DNA of 63,296 nt, filler included, from Bonamia ostreae (GCA_040357525.1; 36 parts of 36 records of this genome joined end to end with filler, not necessarily neighbours in it), one strand, 5' to 3'. Shown: positions 10,830-26,273, counted from the whole stretch's first letter. The notes: generated from the letters alone by a model not told the origin. Numbers and translations: made by a program.

Positions 10830-11799
10830 TTAATCCATATAATCACTCGCGACGAAAATATCTTTACTGACATAATACTTTTTCAACAATTCGTCGTTCA
10901 CAGTCCACGTAAATCTTTAAACGAACCGAGTAAAAATATTCAAACATTTGCAAATCCTCTTTTTTAAAACGAGCAATATCGGACGGCGACAATAGTTCGT
11001 GGTTTGGGCCGATCATTGTAGCGCCGACCAGAAACGAAAAGATCTCTTTGCTCATGTACATCAGCAAAATATCGAACGGATAGACGAGATATTTCAAGAC
11101 TTAAATTTTGCTTTTAAAACAATAATGATATTTGTGATCTGCGATTAAGCATCTAAGATGATCGTCAGTGTAGTTAAGACACACTTCTACTTCCGGCATT
11201 ATCTTTCTTATCTTAATTTTATCTTTATGGTAAAAACTTGGTATAAAGGAATGGGCCAAAACGAAATGAAAATCACGTTTTCGATTTTCGAATGCGTTTT
11301 AACCAAGTCGATCATGTTTTCCACCATTAATTTTGAGCAAGAAAAGCCCTTTATTTCAATAAAGAGCTTTAAATTTTTTTCGTTGCATTTGACAAGTGCA
11401 TTTTTTAGTGTTGCAATGCTTTTTCCGTTATTATATTTTTTCAGAATTAAATCTTTGTAATCGCAGTCGTTTATAAGACTAGTGTCTTAAGTTGTATTGA
11501 AAACCATTTTCATCAAACGCCTTCATCGATTTGTGGTGTAACAAGACGGGAATTCCGTCTTTTGTCTCCTGCACGTCAATTTCTATTGCTTTGAACCCCA
11601 AACAACTTCCCTTTTCAATGGACTCGACCGTGTTTTCGACAACACCGGGGATTCTGCAACCTCTAAACGGTTGCGGTGAAAACCTGTGACCGACATTTAA
11701 AGTGCCCCATTTTTTCGTGTAAACATTTTTAGGTCGATTTTGAAATAATTTTCTTATTAAGAACATTGTTGATATTGATATCAAGAAGACATAAAACAT
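10830..11799 (-). CDS. Glycerophosphodiester phosphodiesterase (GDE1-like) with N-terminal anchor
   Basis: GHRG (after removing 21-nt intron 11663-11683), ENT, IEIDVQETKDGIPVLLH; WTVND restored by a 31-nt intron; TAA at 10830-10832. Confidence 0.9.
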
Positions 11800-12393
11800 A
11801 TCGCCTTTGGTTATAAGATTTTTATATTAATTAAATATACAAAGTTTTTAATGTTGTAATGTTAAAAATCATTTTTTTGAGTTTTTTTATTTGAATCTCT
11901 CTGTTCTTAGATTTTGTCAATCTTTTTTCTTGAATCCGTGAATGATTTCCTTGCGCCATTTTCTGTGTGAAAGTTGTAAAACTTTTTTCCGATTTTAGTT
12001 TCACCGACATAATAGTAAAACTGTTTTTGTTGAATCGTCTATAAACGAAAGAACTTTGGATGAACTGGAAACTGTGTTTTGATTGGAGTTGCAGTTTAGA
12101 TTTTTAATTTTTGTTCGAATATGAATGTTTAATTTTTGGTTTGGAGATGAACGAGGTGGCATTGTTGCGAAGAGTTTATAGTTTTCGAACATGTGATCTA
12201 AAAATATAAAAAATTTAATTGTTAACAATTTTTAGTTAATCAAAATTTTGGCGACCCAAATTATTTTCATTTTGTCAACAAAGATTTAACATANNNNNNN
12301 NNNNNNNNNNNNNNNNNNNNNNNNNNNNNNNNNNNNNTTAATTAATTAANNNNNNNNNNNNNNNNNNNNNNNNNNNNNNNNNNNNNNNNNNNN

Positions 12394-13790
12394 ACAAAAA
12401 ATTTTGGCAAAAGAACAACTAACAAAAAACATTAAAGCTCCAATAACATGCACAAACGCATTAAAAGCGATAGCAATTACAGCAGCAAGCGAAACAGCTG
12501 CATATAATAAAATGTTTTTGGTCACTTCGTTCTCCGGTAATATGTTGTTGCCGGCGTACTGAATTAATATTTGGCAAAAAAACTTTATCGGTCCAAAAAG
12601 CTAAAAATCTTTTGACTCCGAAATCGCTTCCTTGTCTCAAAGCGAAGGAAATGGATATGACCAGAACCATTAAAATTCCCCCGTTGGCCATAATATAATT
12701 TTTATAGACTTTCCAACCGATTGCTCCGGCTTTTAATTTTTTATTTTGCAAAATTCAAAAAGCGATTAAATTTTAAAGTAAAATGTGATCAGAATAAAAA
12801 AAGTTCAAAGTAATAAAAAGAAAAAATCGATCAAAAATTTTAAAAATGCGAAAAATAAAATTTAAAAACGCGGAAAATTGAAAATCGATCGAAAATTTGC
12901 AAAATGTGAAAAAATATTTAATAAAAAAGAAAAATCGATAGAAAATTTAGAAAAGTGAAAAAGAAAATTTAAAAACGCGAAAAATTATAAAAATCGATCG
13001 AAAATTTGCAAAATGTGAATAATAAAAATTCGAAAAAATATTTTCAAAACTTTCCTTTTTCTCTCTATCTATCAACTTTCCTTCCGAATTGTGAGCCCCT
13101 TCTTCGAAACCAGAAACCGCTTCAAAAGAAACAGAATTTTCTATCCCTGTTCCGCTGATTGAAACAATGCGTGATCGCGATCCAGAAAACTCTATTTCGT
13201 GTTTTGTGTCATCGATTTTTTCCAAAACTTTTTCTTCGGTCAAATCGTTTTCATCTCGTCTCGTTTCGTTCTTATCCGAAGAAAATGCATTTTCCAAACT
13301 TTCTTTGATCTGTTCGAAAGCACCGAATTTTGTTATTTTCCCATTTTCGATCAAAATGAGCTTATTCGCGAGAGGATAAAAGTCGACTGCGTTTGTACTG
13401 AAAATGACTGTTTTGTTTTTTAACAAATCTTTTATGCAGCTATTCATTATTTTCTGTGCCACTTGCGGGTCTAGTGCGCTTAAAGCGTCGTCGATCAAAT
13501 AAATGTTTTTTCCTGTTAATAATTTTCGAATTTGCCAATTTGGATTTTCAAAATATTTTGGAATTTATTAAAAACTGGAATAAATGGCTCTCGCAAGAGA
13601 AACTCTTTGCTTTTGACCACCGGAAAGGTTTATTCCTCTTTCCCCGATTTCAGCGAATTCGCCGCCTTTTATCATTTTTAAATCTTCCGCGAGGCAGCAT
13701 GATTGAACGACTTTTGTGTACCATTTTTTGTCAAATTCGTTTCCAAATAATATGTTATCGCGAATCGTTGCATTTTGAATCTTTATTTAA
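12394..13790 (-). CDS. ABCC/MRP transporter, NBD1 to start of TMD2 (partial)
   Basis: [48 protein letters not shown]; repeat-filled introns at ~12730-13050 and ~13790-14061. Confidence 0.92.
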
Positions 13791-14161
13791 TTTTAAAGAA
13801 TATCGACACAATATTAAAAATCTAGAAAAATATTGAAATATCAAATTTGAAAATATCGTCAAAACATAAAAACAAAATATTAAAAATCTAAAAAATATTG
13901 AAATATCAAATTTGAAAATATCGTCAAAACACAAAAACAAAATATTAAAAATCTAAAAAATATTAAAATATCAAATTTGAAAATATCGTCAAAACATAAA
14001 AACAAAATATTAAAAATCTAAAAAATATTGAAATATCAAATTTGAAAATATCGTCAAAACANNNNNNNNNNNNNNNNNNNNNNNNNNNNNNNNNNNNNNN
14101 NNNNNTTAATTAATTAANNNNNNNNNNNNNNNNNNNNNNNNNNNNNNNNNNNNNNNNNNNN

Positions 14162-14930
14162 TAAATTTATAGAACACAAAATATTTTTAAACATTTGATA
14201 ATTTTCCTTTGCCAGATATTTTTCCAATTCTCACTCCAATGACAAATTTTGTTGTTTTTGGACTATAGAAAACGTTGAAATTGATTATTATCGACTTTCT
14301 TCGATCTTTAAATGTTATCACAAAATGTATCTAAAAAAGTTTGCAAAAAAATAATTATTTGAAACCCGATTCTTGCAATTGAAAATTAGAAAAAATAGGT
14401 TCATGATCGCCCAGATTAAGTTTAAGCAATTCAATATTTAGCAATTGCGATTTTGCAAGTTTTTTTATTATTTCCCATTCGACGTTTGATCTGATTTTGT
14501 CCTCAAAATAAGTTTTCAAATGAGGATTCCACAATATTTTTAAAACGTAATTAATAAAGTGGGCGTTTTCAATTTCTTTTATTATTAAAAAAACGAGGGA
14601 ATTGCAGCCATTTTGGTTTCTTTTTGTCCCCGTTTGTTATATTCGGAACATCAGGAAATGAAGATATTTTGTTAATCGAATATTCACATTGAACTTAAAA
14701 TTTTAATATTCATTTAAAAAATTCCATTAGAATTAAATTATCGTAAATTTTTGAAATTAAAAATTGTCCATATCAGCGATAAATCGAAAAAAACTCGATT
14801 GTTCACTAGAATCAATAAGTGATTTCAGCAGAATAATCAAAAAAATGATTAAAATAAGAACTGAAATTGACGGAAAATAATAAAGCCAATTAATCAGAAA
14901 ACTTAAAACAATTAGATATTTTGCAGACAT
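14162..14930 (-). CDS. 5' part of unknown membrane-anchored protist protein
   Basis: ATG 14930, MSAKYLIVLSFLINWLYYFPSISVLILIIFLIILL, multiple short introns. Confidence 0.45.
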
Positions 14931-14987
14931 TTGTTAAGCGGTTTAGTTTTAAGTTTTATATAAAATTTTTATTACTTTTTTTACTGC

Positions 14988-15753
14988 TTATTTTCGGGTC
15001 CACTTGCGCAAAACAAAACAAAAATTTTTATAGTATTTACTAAACTTTTTTTTCCACGTTGAGTGCGTTTTCTCGATTACTTTGCGAACCATTTCCTATA
15101 TTAAGATTTTAGTTTCCAAATGAAAAATTTGTCTAATTTTGCGTTTTGTTTGAAAACTCGCTTTTTTATAATAAGTAAAATTTTGCTTTAAAATATTTAA
15201 AATTTAAAATTTTTTTAAATTTTTTTTATAATTTTGCGATTTGATAAGTAAAATTTGTAAAATTTAAAAACAGCTCCTAAAACGCTTTCTTCATGTCCAA
15301 TTTTATTTTTTTGCTTTCCCTCCGCTGTTTTATAATACACAAACCATTCTTTTATTTGTTCTATCTTCCCGGGAAAGTGTTTTCGAATGTCGTCCAAATT
15401 ACAAATTTTATCAAACAAATCGTTTTCAGAACTAATTCCTATTATTTTCCAATCAGTCTCACCTTGATCGATCAAACAAAGTGCTCCTAAAGCTTTAAAA
15501 TGAATGATTTTTCCGGTTTCGATTGGTTCGTTGGAAAGTTCAACGACATCGACGGGATCGTCATCGCCCGGGAGAGAGCTAAAGAAATCTTTTTGTTTGT
15601 TGTCTTCCCAAGTTTGGGGGAGGAAGCCATAATTAAAAGGGATTGTGCCAAGATGAAAAGTTCTTAATATCTCTTCAGCGCCTTTATTTTTGAGAGTGTC
15701 TTGTTTCAAAGGGTTGAAGTTTTCATCTTTCGAAAGTTCAATTTTTTCTTCAG
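14988..15753 (-). CDS. Family I soluble inorganic pyrophosphatase, 3' part
   Basis: NPLKQD, NYGFLPQTWED, GDDDPVDVVE, LIDQGETDWKII, WFVYYKTAEGK. Confidence 0.95.
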
Positions 15754-17696
15754 TGCTTTTTTAATTTAAAAATCTGTTAATTTTGGTCAATATTTTGGGA
15801 TAACTTTAGGTTCAGTTTTTGATAAATATNNNNNNNNNNNNNNNNNNNNNNNNNNNNNNNNNNNNNNNNNNNNTTAATTAATTAANNNNNNNNNNNNNNN
15901 NNNNNNNNNNNNNNNNNNNNNNNNNNNNNGAATAAGATATTTGGTCGATTTCAAGTTAATAAAAATATTTACTTTTCTAAACTTATTTATGATAAATGGT
16001 GAATTATTTTATATGAAAAATAAATAATATACATTATATGATAATATGATACGCATTTGGAAAGAAAAATATCCATTTATTCTACTTATCGTTTGAAAAC
16101 GGTAGGAAAAAACGACAAAATATGATGACATATTCCCTGCAATACAACTATAAGACCTTTTTTTTTATTGTGACGTCATATGGTTCAAAGTGCACTGAGT
16201 TGGATCTAAACACACCACTGCAATTGTTCTTCGGGAGCCGTAACCAAACCGAGTCTGTATTTCCTCTTACATGCACATAGCAACAATCTTTTCAAAGTAG
16301 GAAGGGGTAGCTGTAGTCAAAGATGCTTGAAAAGCAAATAAAAAAGGAGATTGCCCGAACTTTAAATCCTAATTCGTGGAAAGGGGATTACTCATCTACT
16401 ACAACGGACTCAATTATTCGCCAAACTTTGATTAATCAAATAGTGTGTATGTGTTAGTGGGAGGGGGTGGGGGTCCTTCGCTATATACCTTCAAGCTTCC
16501 ACTCATCTCGTTCGCTACTTTCTGACACAGTGGAAGTGATAACCTAATACACTGAAGTATCACAGAAAATGATTGATGTAAAAAAAGTGCCCAATCTCCA
16601 GATTCTACATGGCTACTTTTTGACAGGCCTCTCTTCTTCATGATAACAAATTTCAATGTGTTGATGATCGCTGCGTTGATTAGAAAGTGTATTTTTAGCC
16701 ATATTTGTTAATTTGACCAATCAGATATATAGATCATAACAGGTCAAACATGTTAAAGTCTCGAAAAAAATGGTTGGTCTTTACAAAAGTCAGAACACAT
16801 GTGTTAACTTAAAACGAAATTTGTAATTCTATTAAAATGAATTGATAAAACTCGAATTCTCAAACTTGGATATCCTATACAATGATTTTCCTGCTGTTCC
16901 GAAAACTTGATAAAAACCAAGCAGTCGTGATGTAACAAAATACATAATTCTGTTTGTAAAATAATAGTTATGCATTGAAATAAATGTATGATATGATAAT
17001 TACTTGATAAATAATTACATGCGCTAAAACATTGTATACCATATACAACTCTGAATAGGATGTATCTCTAAAAGTTCCATACAAATCATTGTTTTCAATC
17101 TTTAGAATTAGTGCAAGGTAATAGGTGCCCAAGCTAGCCTTTAAATATTTGATAAATTCAAATTCTTGATGATCACGATGTTCTCGTGTTTTTGTTGTTG
17201 TTGTTGTTGTTGGCATGATTCATTTTGCAGATCATTTTATGTGTTGGAAGATGCACATTGCAGTGGTGATGTTATCTTAATTGAATGTTGAAATTATTGT
17301 ATTAGTATCTAATTACAGTATATCTATGATTGCACAATGCATTATGTCAATACGTGCGCCATTACACGGGCTTTACCAGTAATCTTCCTTTGAAAACGAT
17401 GCACAGTTCATGTCCTCCGCAAACACTACATGTACATGATTGTGTCTAGGAAACGTGACCACATTTTACTGGGACTACAACTGATGGGCTGGTGTCTTTC
17501 TATTGTACATATCTATTTTAAATCTTTAAAATTAGAATTATGCATAGATCTTAACAAAAACTCTTGTCTTAAAAATATTTAAGGTAAGGTTTGCGANNNN
17601 NNNNNNNNNNNNNNNNNNNNNNNNNNNNNNNNNNNNNNNNTTAATTAATTAANNNNNNNNNNNNNNNNNNNNNNNNNNNNNNNNNNNNNNNNNNNN

Positions 17697-19144
17697 ATGG
17701 TTTCCATGAGTTGTTAGCGCTTTTAGGAGAAGCACTGTTATTCATCTGTTTATTACTACTTCTTCTTTTATGCTTTAGATATTGCAGAAATCGGCAGAAA
17801 CAGCCGGTTTACTGTTACGATTCAGTTCAACCAAGCGATATCATTATTGCGGAACACCCCATTCAAAAATGTTTTTTTCTAAAAATGTTAGTTTCATTGT
17901 CTCAACCCGCACCAATCCCTTTCCAAAAATACAATGTGCGTCCTACTACAATTAAAAAAAAATTGAAACATAATCCTCTTACCAATCTCATAAAGACTGC
18001 AGCCACAAAAACGGGGATTTTCGAGAAAGAAAATTCTGTTGTTAAGATGCCACCTTTCTATCACAAAATGAATAAGCTGCAGATTTTAATCGATTTGTAC
18101 AATGAAACATTAAATGAAAATCTATCTTTTAATAAAACAGCGAAAATTCTTGGTGAGGAAATTAGATACGGCATCAAAGTTATCACTTTCAACACTTGTT
18201 TGAACAAAATTTCTAATGATTTCGAATCTTTGTTTTTGGAAAAACGGGACCTTTATGTTGTAGGGCTGCAGCAAGTCCCAAATATAACTAATTTGAATGA
18301 AAATATCTTAGAATCGATTAAAAAGAATCACGGCAGCGACATTTTCAGTTTAGTTTTTAGCTGCGTTAGCGATAAAACAGCATTGCTGGTCTTTGCTTCA
18401 GAAAGAATGGAACATGAAATAAGTAATGTCGAAATGAGAAAAATCGGGAAAAATGTGGCACTCAGGATGTCAGTTGGGGATTCTACTCTTTGTTTGGTAA
18501 CTTCTGAATTCGATAGTCAAGGAGCTATTGGAGTAGAGAACGTACTAAGAAATATTAAATTTCCGAAAACGCTTTGGGATCTCAAAAAGGATAAAATTTT
18601 CGAAAGCGAGTTTTATAAATTTGATTACAACAATTTAAATTGTTAAATTAAAAATTGAAGCACTGTCATTTGGTTTGGCGACTTTAATTGCCGTTTGAAT
18701 CCCGATGAAAATATATTCGACAAAATCAATGAAGCAAGAAACAATTTGAATAATAATAAATTTGAAAAGCTTCTATGGAATGAACAAGTTTTTTTTGCAA
18801 ATTTCAGTTGTTACAACAAAAAGTGGGGCATTTAAAAAACTTCAAAGAAGCAAATATTTCTTTTGCGCCGACCTTTAAGTACGATCTCAATACAAATAAA
18901 TACGATGAAAGGTTTGGTTTTAGTAAAGAATAGTGATTCTCCGGGGTGGTGTGACCGTATTCTGTACTTTTCTGAAAGACTGGAGCCCTCGAACTACAAA
19001 TCTGTACTTAATATAAGAAATAGTTATCATAGACCTGTTTCAATAAATTTCGATTATACGATTCAATTTTTCGACGAAAAATACGACCGATATTGTGACA
19101 TGTTGAGAGACAAAATAAAGAACAACAAACAGGTTATTGATTAA
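17697..19144 (+). CDS. Transmembrane inositol polyphosphate 5-phosphatase-like protein (5' truncated, degenerate active site)
   Basis: TM LLFICLLLLLLLCF; DLYVVGLQQ, VIWFGDFNCRL, FAPTFKYD, PGWCDRILY, SYHRPV. Introns include 17871-17891, 18788-18807 and 18912-18933. Confidence 0.85.
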
Positions 19145-19581
19145 ATATCTTACAAATTTTCTAAAATTCTAATTTGTGTAACTTTATTTGTCGGTTTTTG
19201 ATTGGTGCGAAAAAAGACGAAAGTATTCAAAAAAATCATAAAATTGCGCGAAATGAAACTTTAATTAACAATGAAAAGTTCAAATTGATATTAACTAAAA
19301 TTTCACATTTATAAGAAAATAGTGAATTATTGTCATTTTAATTTTGTGAACAGCAAAAACTTTNNNNNNNNNNNNNNNNNNNNNNNNNNNNNNNNNNNNN
19401 NNNNNNNTTAATTAATTAANNNNNNNNNNNNNNNNNNNNNNNNNNNNNNNNNNNNNNNNNNNNACTGGAAAAAACAGTACAAAAATTAATTTTAGAAAAA
19501 TCGTGCGCTTATTAGGTTTTGTGAAAATTATAAAAAGATATTGTGCGCTTTTAGGATCAAATATGCAAAAAATTTCAAAAA

Positions 19582-20120
19582 CGGCAAATATGAGGCGGGA
19601 AAGTTAAAAAGTCCCATTAAGTTCATTCTCGTGTCGTGATTTCGACGACACCAAATATAGGCCAACATAAACGAAAACGCGCTTCCGAGAAAAATGACAG
19701 AGAAGAAAGACCCCAACAAAAGTATCATCGTCCAACCAACAAACAGCATATATACAAAGTCCGAACTGCGCCCAATAAATTCCTCTTCTAAACTTGACGA
19801 ATATCGGCAACTTTAAAAATTTGGTTCAAGCACGAAAAATTTTCGAATTTGTAAAGTTGGAAAAAACAAGAAAAAAAGTTGGAAAATAAGATTAAGATCG
19901 AGTTTAGAGCCGAAAAAGAAGAAAGAAGTGATCAAACGCCACAACTGCCCGTCTTTGATTCTTTCGATGTGAAAATACAATTTTAGCGGCGAAAGATAAT
20001 TAAGTTTGCACAAAGCAGTCGTCGAAATCTTATTTTTGTGGCAAAAAAAACAGAAGCGAAAATGTAAGATTTTGTAAAGAAAGGAATATCTGAGAAAAGG
20101 CTTCCTACGTCGTAGTTCAT
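19582..20120 (-). CDS. Derlin (Der1/DERL2-like), 5' part
   Basis: DIPFFTKSY, GQLWRLITSFFFFG, FLGSAFSFMLAYIWCRRN, GLFNFPASYLP. Confidence 0.92.
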
Positions 20121-20237
20121 TCGAGAATAGAATTTAAAGCTTGTGATATAAATTTTTATTTTATCGAGTTTTCTTATTCGTCAAATTATTTTAAATTTAA
20201 AATATATTTTATATCACAAATTTTGACAAAATCAAGA

Positions 20238-20310
20238 GCCCTGTTAGCTCAGCTGGTAGAGTATTAGATTCTTAATTTAGTGGTCGCGGGTTCGAGTCCC
20301 GTACAGGGCT
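20238..20310 (+). tRNA. tRNA-Lys(CTT)
   Basis: GCCCTGT/ACAGGGC acceptor stem, TAGCTCAGCTGGTAGAG D-arm, TTAGA-TTCTTAA-TTTAG anticodon arm, GGTTCGAGTCCC T-arm, followed by an oligo-T terminator. Confidence 0.96.
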
Positions 20311-20355
20311 TTTTATAGTTTATTTTTTATTACTTTTTTTGGATATAATAAAAAT

Positions 20356-21060
20356 ATGGAGAAAAAGCTTTATGATGATGACAAATCAATTAAAGAATTG
20401 ATGCTCACTTTTCCGCGACGTAGTGTTCGTATCAACCTCCCAAACGATATAGTCGAAGATAAAACGGAAACTCCGAAAATTAGAAAAACAAATAAGCTTA
20501 AATCTAAAAAAATTCGAAAGATTGAAACTCGGAAAAAATCTTTCTTTAAAAACAAAAAAGCAAAAAACAGTTCTTCCAGAAAAGCAAAATTTTTCAAAAT
20601 AGAAAAATATTTTCCTAAAGAATATTATACTTGGAATAAACCCCGGAAACAGCTTTGGAAGCAATTGGGTCAAAATCCGGACAAATATTATTATCTTTAT
20701 TGCGCTCCTGGTCAATATTTTAACGAAAAATTGCATTAAAAAAATTTTTAAATTTGCAAATTTTAAAAATTGCAATAAAGGCGAAAAACAAAATAACAAA
20801 AATTGGTCAAAAGAAGAAAAAGAATATTTCTTTCTGAAATTAAAGCGCCATCCTGTTACAAACGAAAAATGGGGACTTTTTTCGATGAATATTTTCGGCC
20901 GCACTGGAAAACAATGCAAGCGATTTTACGAGAAATTCAAAAATTCGCGGAAAAGAAAATATTCCGATAAATGGAAAAAAAGTCCAAAAAAACTTAAATC
21001 TAAAATTTTGAGTAAAAAGTTGGACAACAAAAAGTCGAAAACTTTATTTAAACGTTGGCC
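20356..21060 (+). CDS. Myb/SANT-like domain protein (partial)
   Basis: NPDKYYYLYCAPG joined over an intron to EKQNNKNWSKEEKE...KWGLFSMNIFGRTGKQCKRFY. Confidence 0.75.
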
Positions 21061-21394
21061 GAACTTTTATTTGATTAACTTTTCTTTTCCGGAACACATT
21101 GTTTTTTTTGCAATTTTTTACAATTATTNNNNNNNNNNNNNNNNNNNNNNNNNNNNNNNNNNNNNNNNNNNNTTAATTAATTAANNNNNNNNNNNNNNNN
21201 NNNNNNNNNNNNNNNNNNNNNNNNNNNNTCAAAAACTTCCACAAACTTACTTTTACAAAAAAAGAAGAACCCAATTCAAAAAAAAACAAATCAAAACTAA
21301 CCCAGATTTTAGGCTAAATTATTCTATTCCGTCTGTCTAAACTCCACAAAATCAAAACTTACTATATTTGAGCACTTTAACAAACTAATCGAAA

Positions 21395-22780
<1,386 letters not shown>

Positions 22781-24756
22781 TTTTTTTCAATTTGTCATTT
22801 TTTTACTTTTTAAAGCAATTTTGTAAAACTGTTTTTCTGCGATTTTATAAAAACGACAACTTTTCAGCAATTTTTAAAACTGTTTTTCTGCGNNNNNNNN
22901 NNNNNNNNNNNNNNNNNNNNNNNNNNNNNNNNNNNNTTAATTAATTAANNNNNNNNNNNNNNNNNNNNNNNNNNNNNNNNNNNNNNNNNNNNGGTTTGTC
23001 GTTAACATCTTTGTCCAATACAATATCCAAATATGAATGAAACAAACATGGAAGACTCTGGAAATGACCTTTAAAACTAAAACGTGATCTTGAAGAATGT
23101 TGTGCTATTAAAGGAAATGTGAGTATTTATGCAACTTTTTGAATATTAATTGCAAAAGGGATTATAGTTTATAGCTCCCACACGCAGCATATACTATCTC
23201 AATGACTTGATTACTTTTTATAAATGTCTTAAAACTACAAATGCAAGTACGTTTTTTCACAACCGGCAAGGGTGATTGAAGTACTATCCTAGTGACTAGA
23301 AAGTGACGTATACGTTGGATGTGTCTAACATGATAAATAGAAGTAAATAGTTATTGATTCTTCTCATTTCAAAGACATATCACATGTTTCCTAAGTATAC
23401 ACACTCTTTGCAATCTGTCTAACCTGTCTTTCGTATACATGCAGTTGTCTAATCTAACTACGTCGCTCAAATATTGCGATAATTAGCCACAATAGTGGTT
23501 TAAACATAGGTTCCTCATGTAAAAAATCAAACCATATCGTTAACTAGTTTTGTTGCTCCCTGGTAAGATGGCCACACATGCAATCTTTTTCGATTAGCTT
23601 TTTGTTACAGTAGTGCTATATATCTTTACAAATTCAACATTTTCCTCACCATTGACAACATTTATTTTAATGTTGACAAATTCCCTGAGTCTTATACAAT
23701 CATTCGTATATTTTTTTTTTCGCTCTCATTCCGTACAAATTCTGATGTACATGTAGATACTCGAAAATGGAACAGAGATACAATCAGCAATTTTTAGTAA
23801 AAGTTTAAACGAATCGCGGTCTACATACAATTTGGCAAGGTTACGTCTTTAAACATTTGTGATTATTTAGCGTCGTTTTTACCATACATTTTGCAATGCC
23901 ATTTTGTTTATCAGAAGAAAAAAAACTATGATTTATTTACTATCGTTTCCACCTAATGTCACGAGTGTACCTCAAACAAAATTTGATGGAAATATAATGA
24001 TTAAATATCAAATTTAAGTAGAAATCACAATGATGTAATTCTAACACAAGCAATGTTATTTTCGTTTTTTCTATTTAAAATCTACGTGTCATTGGCAAGT
24101 GTAAGCAGAGTGTTATTTCAATTTCAGTTCTTTAAAAGAACTTCGGCCACATTTTGAAAGCATTATTAATCAATTAAAAGCAGGGATTATAAAATTTTAT
24201 CATTATATCAATGGAACTTCAATTATTTTCAATAGTAAAAAAAATTTGTAAATTTACGAGCTGTCGTAAGGTCGTTTTTTTGTTTTTTGTTTTTTTTTTG
24301 TATTATAAAAATGTGAGGGTGAATTTTGCGAGGTGATANNNNNNNNNNCAGAACAGATTGCATAGTTATAGTGTAGTTGTGCTTGCGCCTACATTTTTTG
24401 CAGTTTTCCTGGGTCCTTGTCCAGCTGCTATTGCGAAAAGTGCATGGACACATACGAATACTTTATGGTAAAATCCTTGCACCGACAAAGAATTTGCCCA
24501 AGTTAATTTCTTTACACATCCCTTCGGAAAATTTCAAAAACAACCTTGGTCCCCATTCCTTCTGACAGCTAGTGCACCCATGAGCGACCATAAAAAACAC
24601 TATAATGGAATTATAGGGCTCACGCCGATGTGACGAGCTGACAGGGTATGGCTGATNNNNNNNNNNNNNNNNNNNNNNNNNNNNNNNNNNNNNNNNNNNN
24701 TTAATTAATTAANNNNNNNNNNNNNNNNNNNNNNNNNNNNNNNNNNNNNNNNNNNN

Positions 24757-25314
24757 CATCGGATAAACATTAATCGCCGCATTCCCCATCATCGCCATCC
24801 CCGCCTCCAAAGACCTTTTCTGCCCCGACTCCTCTGCAAATTTGATCGAACCGAATTCGCGTGGCTGCCCTTCGTAATAAATGCGCACAGATTTAATCTG
24901 TCCAAACACCGAAAACACGCGACCGATTTCTTCCGGAGACACTCCGGACGGGAGAGGTCGCACGGCGACCAAGAAACCGTTCGAGCTAGATTTCGCTGTC
25001 GAATTGTTAAGCACTAATTGCTTTCCTCTCATTTTGAGGAATTTGCATTCCGTCAAAGCCAACCGCTGCGCTTCCGCCGTCGTGAAATTGACGAAGCCGT
25101 AGCGAGCGGGCATTTCCACGGGGGACACAATTCGCGTGCTAATTTATAAAAATTGTAGAATGATTTGGCGCCATTTAAAGACAAATTTTATAAAATTTTA
25201 GCAAATTGCGACGGACCTGTGGATTTCCCCGCAACGAGAGAAAATAAGGGACAAGTCAAAATCGTTGACTTGCGAGGGAATGTTTCCCACCCAAACTGGA
25301 AAGCTCTCCGGCAT
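24757..25314 (-). CDS. Multi-RRM RNA-binding protein, 5' part
   Basis: RNP2 VWVGNI, RNP1 RYGFVNF, second RRM VFSVFGQIKSVRI...FGSIKF. Confidence 0.85.
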
Positions 25315-25562
25315 TATAAAACTATATGAGTTTCTTTTATATTTTTTATAACTAAAATGAGCAAATTTGCTCATCGACATTTTTGTAGCAATAAATGGAA
25401 GCGATAAATGGAAGCGATAAATGAGCTTAAAAGATAAATGAGCAAATTTTTGTCGTCCGTTTAGTCGAGTTTTGAAATGGCGTTTGGCAAATTATTTTGG
25501 CAAAAAAACATAACTTTGAAAATAAAAACTTAAATTGATTTAGTCTTTGAGACTAAATTTGT

Positions 25563-26273
25563 CTAAATTTTCTTGGCGCTAAAGTAATTGTCTCTACTTC
25601 GACTCCTTTTATAAAATTTCTTGTGATCTCTTCCAATTCGCTCTTTTTTATAAAATCTGTTCGATTTGGGATTCCTCTCAAAAACTTCATTTTTCGAAGG
25701 CGTTCTATTTCCATTTAAAAATTCTTTTTCGTTTCTTTTTTTCGGGTCTTTTTTGGGTTCGTAGGCGCTCCGAGCGTACGAAACGTTGATAAAACAACCG
25801 TCGATTTCAAAATTGTCGATTTGCGACATTACTTTTTCAGCCGAATCGATTTTTTCGAACGCGACAAAACCGAAGCGCTTCGATTCTTTCGTAACAATGT
25901 CTTTTATCAGAATCGCTTCTCTGATTTTTCCAAATTTGGAAAAGACTGTTTTCAATGTTTTTTCGTCCGCCATTTTTGGCAAGTTTGAAACATAAATTGT
26001 GTTGTTTTTCGATTTGTTGAAGTGGTCCTTTTTTGCGACATTAAAATTTTGGCAGAAAAACATTGACAGATCTGTTAAAAGTTTCTGAATAAGGGAACTC
26101 TTTTGTTATTTTTAAGGAATAGTCCAAAAGTTCTTGATAGCGTAATTTCGATAACACCGAAAAAACACTTTTTTATGAAAACAAAACAAAAAATCGGACA
26201 TTGTTTTTTCTTCAATATTTTTCGTTTTTTCACCTATTTTTTCATTTTCTTCCATAAATTGTTTTTCTGCCAT
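25563..26273 (-). CDS. Single-RRM protein with short RS tail (SR/Tra2-like)
   Basis: TIYVSNL, SKRFGFVAF, C-terminal KRSRSRD; 5' exons approximate. Confidence 0.75.
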
